From Octopus vulgaris (taxonomy: Eukaryota), in NCBI GenBank assembly GCA_951406725.2, contig OX597818.1:58218001-58282000 (forward strand): a stretch of DNA of 64,000 nt, in the 5' to 3' direction. Positions 53,165 through 64,000 of this stretch are shown piece by piece. The translations under genes and the position numbers were made by a program. Below the pieces are notes generated by a model, which saw only the letters and a program-made list of their open reading frames with translations, did not search any database and was not told the DNA's origin. Each line of letters opens with the position of its first letter. Positions within the stretch are counted from its first letter, which is position 1.

Positions 53165-53165
<1 letters not shown>
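52961..53165 (-). mobile_element. Short HHR-bearing PLE-terminus element in (TA)n; HHR at 53050-53086
   Basis: Minus: tgttt CTGACGA a gagc tcc gctc GAAA ct TT aagc. Confidence 0.75.
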
Positions 53166-53199
<34 letters not shown>

Positions 53200-54075
53200 A
53201 AATTGCATATAGGACTTGATGGAAATACAGATAGAGCAGAAGTCTATATTACTGACATCTTTACGAGAATACAGGATTGAGTGTGGCAGCTGCTATCCCT
53301 AATTCGCTGGGACAGCGAGATCCAGGATGTCTGTAGATACATTTTTACTGATACAAAACAGAAAATGGAATGCAGCGTATTAATTAATATTTTATGAAGC
53401 TTTATCAGTGTTGTTGAATAACATCAGGATAATATCAACATCGTAGCTTTTTGCTTTCGTTCCATAATTTAATATTCTTAGAGGTGAATAGAGATGTATA
53501 TATTTGTATGTTTTCGTATCTCCTTTTGTTTGCAGTATGGCGTCAAATATTTTAGTTATATTTTCAACAAAAGACAATGTATGTCTTTCGCATTTCGGTT
53601 TCTATGAGTAATTATATGCTTACAATGAGAAATGGTAATTTCTTTGCCACCATAGGCATAAATATAAACTTCATTTCTTTCTTTTGTGAAAGAACGAAAC
53701 GCATATTTCCAATAGCATTAATTAAATAATTAGCAATTGGCTACAATGATAAAAAAAAAAGGACAAAAGAAAAACAAACAAAACAAAATACATATAATTA
53801 CATATAAGAAAACATACGAAAGGAATATCAGCATGAATTTCGTGTCATATAATGATATTTACATTTAATATAATTTGGTGGAAACAAAAACGTATGAAAA
53901 TTCAAATTTCATTAAATAGTATTATGATGTTGAAGAATTAGATTATAAAATTCTAAGACCACCGTCAACACAACCAGTGATATTATGGATGATTATGATG
54001 ATTATGATGATGATGATGATAGCAGCAACAACGAAAACAACAACAAACAACAAAAACAACAATAATAATAGCAAT

Positions 54076-54780
54076 AAATATGCAAGAATCCTCTGGGAGT
54101 TTGATTTCCAGACAGGCAATATGTTAGAGCACTGAAGTCCGGATAAGGTAACATTTGGGAGGGACAAACAAGAGTGCTTAATAATTGACAGAGTAGTACC
54201 AGGAGATCAACATATTACTCTTTTACTCTTTTACTTGTTTCAGTCATTTGACTGCGGCCATGCTGGAGCACCGCCTTAAATCCAGCAACTCGACCCCGGG
54301 ACTTATTCTTTGTAAGCCCAGTACTTATTCTATCGGTCTCTTTTGCCGAACCGCTAAATGACGGGGACATAAACACACCAGCATCGGTTGTCAAGCAATG
54401 CTAGGGGGACAAACATAGACACACAAACAAACGCACAAACATATATATATATACATATATACGACGGGTTTCTTTCATTTTCTATCTACCAAATCCACTC
54501 ACAAGGCATTGGTCGGCCCGAGGCTATAGTAGAAGACACTTGCCAAAGGTGCCACGCAGTGGGACTGAACCCGGAACCATGTAGTTTGTAAGCAAGCTAC
54601 TTACCACACAGCCACACCTACGCCTATCATTATGAAAGAATGAGAAAAGGTTGAAAAATTTGGAGACCTGAAAATTGAGATCGGTAACATGTGGCAGCTA
54701 CGAGAGTCAAACATAAAGGTTGTCCCTATTGCCATCGGGACATTGTGTTTAATACCACCCAATCTGATTAAAAATATCTG
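54076..54780 (+). pseudogene. R4/Dong-like restriction-like endonuclease fragment interrupted by a SINE
   Basis: KYARILWEFDFQTGNMLEH*SPDKVTF...CLIIDRVVPGD | KE*EKVEKFGDLKIEIGNMW...KVVPIAIGTL: PD-(D/E)xK RLE pattern, following CAA/TAA repeats. Confidence 0.78.
54217..54624 (-). mobile_element. SINE family A inserted in the RLE fragment
   Basis: Full-length match. Confidence 0.9.
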
Positions 54781-54854
54781 AAATACATAACAATATAGAT
54801 TTACAAACAGCTGAACATTGAGAATAAATAGAAGCTGAATAAACGATCAGATGT

Positions 54855-55833
54855 TCTCTTCTACTCTCAGCAGAAGGCCCGGAATTTTTGGTGAAAGGGG
54901 CCAATCGGTTAGATCGAGCCCAGTAGACAGCTAGTACTTAATTTATCGACCCTGAAATGATGAAATACAAAGTCGACCTCTGCGGAATCGGAACTCAGAA
55001 CGTAGCTACAGATGAAATACTGCTAAGCATTTCGCCTAGCGTGCTAACTCTTCTTCCCGTTCGCCGGGTTTAAAATATTATTTTCTGCTCTAGGCACAAG
55101 GCCCAATATTTTGGGGGAGGAGGCCAATCGATTAGATTGACCCCAGTATGTAACTTGTACTTAATTTATCGACCCCGAAATGCTGAGATGCAAAGACGAC
55201 CTCGCTGGAATTTGAACTCGGAACGTAGTGGCAGACGAAATACCGCTGGCAATTAGCCCGGCATGATAATGATTCTTTTCTACTCTAGGAACAAGGTTCA
55301 AAATTTTGAGGGAGGAGAGCAGTCGTTTATATCGACGCCAGTACGGGACTGGTACTTAATTTATCAACCCCGAAAGGATGAAAGGTATAGTCGATCTAGC
55401 GGAATTTGAACTCACAGCATAGCGGCAGACAAAATACCTATTTCTTTTCTACCCACAAGGAGCTAAACACAGAGAGGACAAACAAGGACAGACAAATGGA
55501 TTAAGTCGATTATATCGACACCAGTGCGTAACTGGTACTTATCTAATCGACCCCGAAAGGATGAAAGGCAATGTCGACCTCGGTGGAATTTGAACTCAGA
55601 AAGTAGCGGCAGACGAAATACCTATTTCTTTACTACGCACACAGAGAGAACAAACAAGGACAGACAAACGGATTAAGTCGATTACATCGACCCCAGTGTG
55701 TATCTGATACTTAAATTTATCGACCCCAAAAGGCTGAAAGGCAAAGTTGACCTCGGCGGAATTTGAACGTAGCGGCTGACGAAATACTGCTAAGCATTTC
55801 ACCCGGCGTGCTAACGTTACTGCCAGCTCGCCA
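54855..55833 (-). mobile_element. Tandem array of about five SINE family B units with mixed tails
   Basis: Reiterated TCGACCCCGAAAGGATGAAAGGCAAAGTCGACCTCGGCGGAATTTGAACTCAGAACGTAG. Confidence 0.85.
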
Positions 55834-56802
55834 CATTTGAAGAATCAAATATTGAAACAGCACGTAAGATCTAACCCGATATTTGCAATAAGTTAAATGT
55901 TTACAGAAATTTAAAGAGAAAAAGAAAATAGGTAAAACCATGACCATGACCATGACGTGTATTAAAGATGATAACATTTAAGAGAGACTGTAGACTAGTT
56001 TTAGTACTATGAAGCTTATCACGTATGAATCTGTAATCTAACGCAGTGGGAATATCTATTATGATTAATTAATTGTCTTAATTCACTGTCAAAGGATAAC
56101 TAATTAAGTTAATGCCATCCAATTCTTATAAACGTTTAATACTATGAAATTAGCAAGTGATCCTTCTATATAAATTAAATGCTGCTTTGTTAAATACTGA
56201 CCTCAATCACTAATTTACATTTCGACTATTTCTAATTGTGAATACAAAAGTAGTTACAACTTTAATCATAATATTTAGTACCTGAAATGGTCAAAAGGTT
56301 TTCATAAACTATAATGAGAAAGGAAACAGGTTCAAACACAATCTTTGCACTTTAAATTATTAGGATAAATAAATATGACACTAATTCATTTTTTAAATAG
56401 TTTATGAACATTTCTGGCGCAATCAGTTGTCGGCCTTAGAAGTTATATATACCTTTTTCTACACAGCTCGAAATGTATTGAATATAATGTTCTCACAGAG
56501 AGACAAGCAAAAGAAAATGGAGGATTGATATTAGTATCAAACAGCATGTAAAATGAGGCTTTCATTAATATAGTACGTAAATAGTGATGGAATATGTTTA
56601 AAATGTACCGCATATTAGTGACATGAAAACTTTTCTAAATCTTCATTCTGTCAACAATATATTACGTGTATTATTTTCATTAGAAACACAAATGAAAATA
56701 CGGGAACAAATTATAAGAAAATATAAATTTATTCATCAACATAACACTAAAAGTATTCATACAAATTTAAATTTCTACAGGCAATCTCTATAATAAAAAA
56801 CC

Positions 56803-56874
<72 letters not shown>

Positions 56875-57464
56875 GAGATGGAAAGAGAGAAAAAGAAAGA
56901 ATGTATGCGCGTGGGAGGGAGTAAGAGAGAGGAAACAAGAAATAAAGAATTTCTCAATTTTAGTTATGTTTTCTTAAGTTAGAGTGAAATATGTTGGCCC
57001 ACAGCAGACTGCATCACAATCAAACAACGCTAGGATAATATACGGACAAAGTACACAACAAAGCGAAAACAATGAGAATCAAAATAATTATAAGAAAACT
57101 GGATATATAAAATAGATATTGTATTGAATTACACATCGAATATATGTTTCAAATATTGTTTTTTTTTTATATATATATATAGATTCTTGAATGCAATTAC
57201 CCGAGAGTATACTGTGCAATGAGGTTATAATATAAACAATGTAAACTTATCGCATTGTTTCTCAAATACAAACAATACGAACCTTGTGGTTATTTTAGAA
57301 AAAGTGTTTATAATAATAACAATAACATACACCACACATAGACACACAAACAATCATGCACAAACACACATATATGTATTGTATAATGTTGGTTTAAATA
57401 GCACATGGTTTCGGGTTCGGTCCTTGTCGTGGGAGTCATTCTTGCATATCATATACATGTGTGG

Positions 57465-57513
<49 letters not shown>

Positions 57514-57583
57514 AACATAAGGATATAATCTTTATAAGAAATTATCAGTAGTTAGCGTGGAAAACTCGTAAGAGAAAAATCTG

Positions 57584-58033
<450 letters not shown>

Positions 58034-58193
58034 GCAGGAGTGGCTGCGTGGTAAGTAGCTTGCTAACCAACCACATGGTTCCGGGTTCAGTCCCACTGCG
58101 TGGCATTTTGGGCAAGTGTCTTCTGCTATAGCCCCGGACCGACCAATGCCTTGTGAGTGGATATGGTAGATGGAAACTGAAAGAAGCCTGTCG

Positions 58194-58230
<37 letters not shown>

Positions 58231-58380
58231 ATGTGTTTGTGTGTCTGTGTGTCTCTCCCTAGCATTGCTTGACAAACGATGCTGGTGTGTTTACGTCCCC
58301 GTCACATAGCGGTTCGGCAAAAGAGATCGATATAATAAGTACTGGGTTTACAAAGAATAAGTCCCGGGGTCGATTTGCTC
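58034..58380 (+). mobile_element. SINE family A, 3'-truncated
   Basis: Match to family consensus. Confidence 0.85.
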
Positions 58381-58489
58381 AAACCTCTTCAGAACACTGT
58401 GACACACAGTGCGGCATAAATACCGATCTACATAAATTTCAGTGAATGTGGTCAGAAATGTAACTTTTTAATTCATTTACTGTTTTTGC

Positions 58490-58800
58490 ATTCCTCTCAT
58501 AAATCTTGTTCTTTACAACACCCCCAAAAGTGAAATCCATTGGTGTCAGTCCAGGTGAATTTAGTGGTCATTAACTACTGCCCCGTCTTCCAAATCAAGG
58601 CTGTAGAAAGGCTTGGTTAAGGTAGTCCCTTACTGTCAACGCATAATGGGGAGGTGCTCCATCTTGCCGAAAGAACAGTTCATCAAAGCTAGCTTTGGTT
58701 CTGAATTGTGGTACTACCACGTCACGAAGTATTTTCAAGTAGTTCTACCCATTTACATTTCTATCAAAGAAAACGAGTCCGATAACACCTTCGCTTCAGA
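58490..58800 (-). pseudogene. Tc1/mariner-superfamily (maT/DD37D-like) transposase remnant
   Basis: Minus: LFFRQDGAPPHY and GRRGSS**PLNSPGLTPMDF (cf. WIGRRG..WPPRSPDLTPLDF). Confidence 0.72.
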
Positions 58801-59834
58801 TTGCTACCCAATATATATGTTAATATGGTAATTCTCAAAATGGAAATATGTTAAAGGTGACATTCAACCCGCACGGACATGGTGGTGCTCATGCATGTGC
58901 TGTAGAAGACCACGCACATGGATAACGGTGTGGGGCCATTTTCAGTCATTGTTCATAGATCGTACAATTTTTGTAAACACAGTATCCTTTCCGAGAAACC
59001 GTTCTTTTGCAAGAAAACCCCTTTCTAAGAAACAGTTCTCAGCACTTTATTAAAAATTCATTTTCTCTGTAGTATCGAAACTAGATTTTCTAAAATTTGA
59101 AGTATAGAATTTGCATCTACACAAGGTTTACACAAATAGTTTATATGATGTATACGTAGTAACATGAATTCTGATACAGTATGACAAGGGAGTTTCCTAT
59201 CTCCTGTTGAAGTTCAACATAATGAATTACAAGGAACTATACAACATAGAATTTATTATAACTTATACTTTTTAGATAGGTTTATATGAACAGTACGTTG
59301 ATAAGCAGTACCTTTTAGCAAAAAACCAGATTGCGAGTACCTTAAGATGTGTTTAATTCCAGTATGCTTGTTTGGGTGGATACCATGTGTTCAACATTCG
59401 TTTGGTCAAACATATTGTTGACGTAAGTGCTATTGCTTAAAGTAGACCACCCGTTTCAGATCGCAGCTCATCAAATGGCAATATCTTAGTGAATTTTATT
59501 GCGTATGTAAGTAAATTGAACTTTGAAATATAATGTGATAGCTCTCAAAGAGAACGCAAATTCGATTTCGGAAAATCAATATACGTTATGACCTTCACTT
59601 GTTTGATATCGATCATTACTTTGATATCTGGAAGTATTTAGTTACATAAAGCTTCCGTTTAGGCAAACCATTGATCTATGTCTTTCCCGAGGATACTCGC
59701 GGAAGCATCGAACATTTTCCCATCATTATTTTCCGAATCTCAGACCAATTGGAACATATTTCTGAAAATACCCTTATGTGTAAACGATTAGAATGAATCG
59801 GCTGCATGCAACACTTTCTTCTAAATTCTTCTCA

Positions 59835-60020
59835 GTGATGGACATAGAAGGAGAGGTGGGCCTAAGAACTCGTGGCGAAGATCAACACAAAAGGAACTAG
59901 AGAAAGGGGGACATTCATGGCAGAGTATAAGTACAGAAGCCCCAAATTATTTGACATGGAATTCATCTATAAGTGGCCTATACTCCGCTTTCGAGGGTTA
60001 CAGGCATAAAGTAAAGTAAA
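59835..60020 (+). pseudogene. RTE LINE extreme 3' fragment with (TAAAG) tail
   Basis: DGHRRRGGPKNSWRRSTQKELEKGGHSWQ resembles GKRKRGRPKNTWRR...W. Confidence 0.6.
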
Positions 60021-60176
60021 CGTTTCGTACTCCTGCATTACATTTCAAAACATACTTGCACATCCATTAATCAATTATCCAACATAGATTTACCTGATTC
60101 ACAATGCTATTTCCCTATTTTCATTATCAGATCGCGTAATTATGAGAGTGTTTACAAATAATTATAAGGACACATA

Positions 60177-60590
60177 GGCGCAGGAGTGGCTGTGTGGTAA
60201 GTAGCTTGCTTACCAACCACATAGTTCCGGGTTCATTCCTACTGCGTTGCACCTTGGGCAAGTGTCTTCTACTATAGCCTCGGGCCGACCAATGTCTTGT
60301 GAATGGATTTGGTAGACGGAAACTGAAAGAAGCCTGTCGTATATATGCATATATATGTGTATGTGTGTGTGTGTGTTTATGTGTCGGTGTTTGTCCTCCC
60401 AACATCGCTTGACAACCGATGGTGGTGTGTTTACGTCCCTGTAACTTAGCGGTTCGGCAAAAGAGACCGATAGAATAAGTACTGGGCTTACAAAGAATAA
60501 GTCTTGGGGTCGATTTGCTCGACTAAAGGCGGTGCTCCAGCATGGCCGCAGTCAAATGACTGAAACAATTAAAAGAGTAAAAAGAGTGAA
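60177..60590 (+). mobile_element. SINE family A
   Basis: Full-length match. Confidence 0.9.
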
Positions 60591-61433
60591 AAGTATACTA
60601 ACGATAGAACGCGAAATACAGACATAAACCAGCTTTCCTCCTTACTACACACCCTACAGTTTTTATTCCAGAAAGGGTCAGACAAAATCATATTCAAACA
60701 ATTGTATTTCATTAGTATGTCGGAACAATACGTTTGCTGTACATGCGATAAAACTTACGAAGACATTTGAAGAAATACCACAACCCACTTAACCATATTC
60801 TACATAATCAACATTCATCAATATAAAGTAACTCCAAAACTACACGAGTAATATCCAATGGAAGCAACACAAAATACATCAAAATATAATTCATGGTAGC
60901 CATATTAATAACTCACATAATATAACCAGAAGGAAAACCTTAAATGCGAACATCACACAGCTATATAGGCCTTAGTGTAAGCAAAAGACAAATATCTAAT
61001 GTGACACCGAAATCAACATTATAACATGTACCTTGAAAGCAAATATTGGACAAAGAGAATTTCATATGTTTGAAGTACAAACCTGCTCACTCAACACAGA
61101 CATGCCGGTGCACATGCTAGTGTAGTAGAAGATCAAAGGCAACCATTGAAAAAAGGTAATAATGATTTATATATTAATAAGCAATATATGGCCAGGTGTT
61201 TTCTTTTCTCACGAACTGATATTATAATGAAAGGCAACCAAATCTCGCTAAGACTTTTGCAATATAAATAATGAAAAGAACAACGATTTCAATATAACAA
61301 TAATGAGAAATACACTGAACAATATATAGGAAATATGAATGAATATATAACATGTCTGCCTGATACATGTAAATATATATATATATATATACACATATAT
61401 ATATGACTGCTTATTTACTTATTTTGATTTATG

Positions 61434-61485
<52 letters not shown>

Positions 61486-61601
61486 AATATATACATGATT
61501 GCTTATTTACTTATATATGTATATTTATATATGTATATATATATGTATATATATAGATATATATGCATGTATGTATATATATATATATATATATTTACAT
61601 A

Positions 61602-61633
<32 letters not shown>

Positions 61634-62024
61634 CATGTATGTGTGTGGGGGGAGCAGTGTGTAAACGGATGTATGCATTGTATAATTTGCAATAAAATAT
61701 GTTTCTTGAAATATATCTCCATACAGCAGAGAGTTTTAGAAGAATGGATGAAGTAAAAACAGAATAAACGTGAGTCAAATGCAGATAAAACACCAAGAGA
61801 ATATTGAGAGAAGAAAACAACAAACACAATAGAATATTCTTTTAAAAACATGATGGAACTTGTGTCTTCAGCTCTGGGGTTGGGTGCATGTAGGTGTATT
61901 TGCGAGCCTCATGTTTAAATGAGAAATGCGAATATAACTATACATGCTCAAGCATTGATTTACTGCGACAGGCATCTGGACACATACACACACGTATGTA
62001 TGTATGTGTATATATGTATGTGCG

Positions 62025-62085
<61 letters not shown>

Positions 62086-62096
62086 GTATGTGTGTG

Positions 62097-62781
62097 TATA
62101 TTGACAGGGCAAGACTGCTAGGTAGTCGGCCGCATGCTAGAAATAGATCATCAACTATCAAACTAAACGAAAGTTCTCTAGAGGAAAAATTCAGCGAACA
62201 CCAGAAACAAATTGGGTGGCCAGGACAGATGAAAATTTATATAAAACAGAATTAATTGCATACCTCGGTTTCGGCCTTTAACAAAAGAATTACTTACATA
62301 ATTCAAATGTCCGTGGCCTCATCAGTACAATCCTTCAGTGTAAATGCAATCCGCAAAATTAACCCCAGCTTTCTGTGCCAAAACAGTCGCGTGTTTAGTT
62401 TTACCGATTACATTAGGGATAAAATTTCCTAGTTCCGGCGCGCTAAAAGATTACTAAAGCGAAGAACTGCAGTAAATAATTCACTGCGGTTAGTGCTTGC
62501 TACTAGAGAACGTATTTATTTCAATATTTAAATAATGAGGGAGATAAATTAATATTAATTTTAATATCAATTTAAAACCAGTAGTCTAGCATACAAAAAA
62601 TCGGAAAAATCAGGGAAAATTCTAATACATGTATATATTGACAGGGCAAGACTGCTAGGTAGTCAGCCGCAACCTAGAAATAGATCATCAACGATCAAAC
62701 TACAACGAAAGTTCTCTAGAGGGAAAATTCAGCGAACACCAGATTTGGCGGGCAGGACAGATGAAAATTTATATAAAACAG

Positions 62782-62786
<5 letters not shown>
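62097..62786 (-). mobile_element. Retrozyme-like / partial-tandem PLE-terminus element
   Basis: Direct repeats 62101-62254 and 62638-62786 (537-bp offset) with an HHR between them; (TA)n on both sides. Confidence 0.75.
62255..62331 (-). ncRNA. Canonical type I hammerhead ribozyme
   Basis: Minus: attgta CTGATGA ggcc [38 nt] ggcc GAAA cc ga gg TA tgcaat. Confidence 0.88.
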
Positions 62787-62820
<34 letters not shown>

Positions 62821-63042
62821 AATTAAGATTTGAGAACATAATCTTTTGTGGAGAATGGCGATTTGACGTCTATATCTAGCATGATGACTGTCCACTCTTC
62901 GTGTTCAGTCCTTAATTGGTATATATAAATATTTAATCTTCGGATTCTTTTTTTAATATGCTAGACCACTGGTTTTAATTGATAAATATTGATTTCTACC
63001 CTTAATTAATTAATTATATATATATATATGTATTCATATATA

Positions 63043-63117
<75 letters not shown>

Positions 63118-63208
63118 ATATATATATATGTATATATGTATATATATGTATATATATATGTATGTATATATATATATATGTATATATATATGTATATATA
63201 TATGTATA

Positions 63209-63279
<71 letters not shown>

Positions 63280-63339
63280 TGCCAATATTTATGATCAGAA
63301 TGAAACACAGATTTGTATTACAATATTATATAATAAACT

Positions 63340-63378
63340 GAGAGCATTGGTTTCGCATCTTACGCTTATCAAACTTCC
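63340..63378 (-). ncRNA. Degenerate hammerhead-like motif with U3:A8 core
   Basis: Minus: gaagt TTGATAA gcgt aag atgc GAAA ccaatg; stems I and III decayed. Confidence 0.45.
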
Positions 63379-63599
63379 AAATTCTCAGATTTTTAAAATT
63401 TAATTATGGAGACGCCATTTGTTTTTTGCGTCCCGATAGTTTAACAAAAATTCTCTCTTTACTGAAACATTGAAAAAACGGAGAATAAAGAAACATATGA
63501 CATGCACTAGACGGAAATTGAATGGATATAACTTGGTCAAGCCCTAGGTTCGATAATCATAGGAATGAGGAGTCAAACGTGGGTCATGTGTTAGCATGC

Positions 63600-63911
63600 A
63601 TATATAAAAATTTACAAAATGAGACAAAATTATCCAACGATGTAAATAGTTTTCAGAAGATTTATAAAGAAAAGGTCTTACAGCTGTTTCCAGGATATTT
63701 TATATATTCCTCCATCAGAGACAGTGCGAGAAAATATCTGAGTATTAGTTCTTGTCTACAATAATTGATACTCAAACATTTTCTCGCGCCGTCTCTGATG
63801 AAGAGATATATAAAACATCACGGAAACAGTTGTAAGAACATTTCTTTATAAATTTTTGGAAATCAATTTACAGTCTTGGATTATTATCTCATTCTGTCAA
63901 TTTATGTATCC

Positions 63912-63912
<1 letters not shown>
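63600..63912. mobile_element. Older fold-back element with two mirror-image hammerheads
   Basis: + HHR gtct CTGATGA (63795) ...GAAA cagttg TA aga; - HHR gtct CTGATGG...GAAA cagctg TA agac; arms visibly diverged. Confidence 0.75.
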
Positions 63913-63948
<36 letters not shown>

Positions 63949-64000
63949 AAGTTAATCCAAACAAGAAAGCACAAAAAAAACACAACAACGCGAGGACGTG

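Overview
AT-rich, repeat-saturated eukaryotic intergenic or intronic DNA. The SINE families, the (TA)n/(CA)n load and the 5S sequence point to an octopus genome. I found no credible host protein-coding gene; nearly all supplied ORFs are microsatellite artefacts. The real coding remnants are transposon-derived: a Penelope-like element (PLE) with RT and GIY-YIG at 27.0-29.8 kb, a 2.5-kb head-to-head palindromic PLE at 4.1-6.6 kb, RTE, CR1 and R4/Dong LINE fragments, and two Tc1/mariner remnants. The window also holds Helitrons, hAT/MITE elements, about 25 tRNA-derived SINE loci, a 5S rRNA copy and a U2 snRNA copy. The main hidden layer is about 20 hammerhead-ribozyme (HHR) motifs in short PLE-terminus elements, many as fold-back hairpins lodged in (TA)n. 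They include U3:A8 compensatory-core variants and a retrozyme-like partial tandem. Most unusually, two sequence-divergent families carry all three hammerhead strands in a reversed, pseudoknotted order matching none of types I/II/III. All folds were read by eye and none has been tested.
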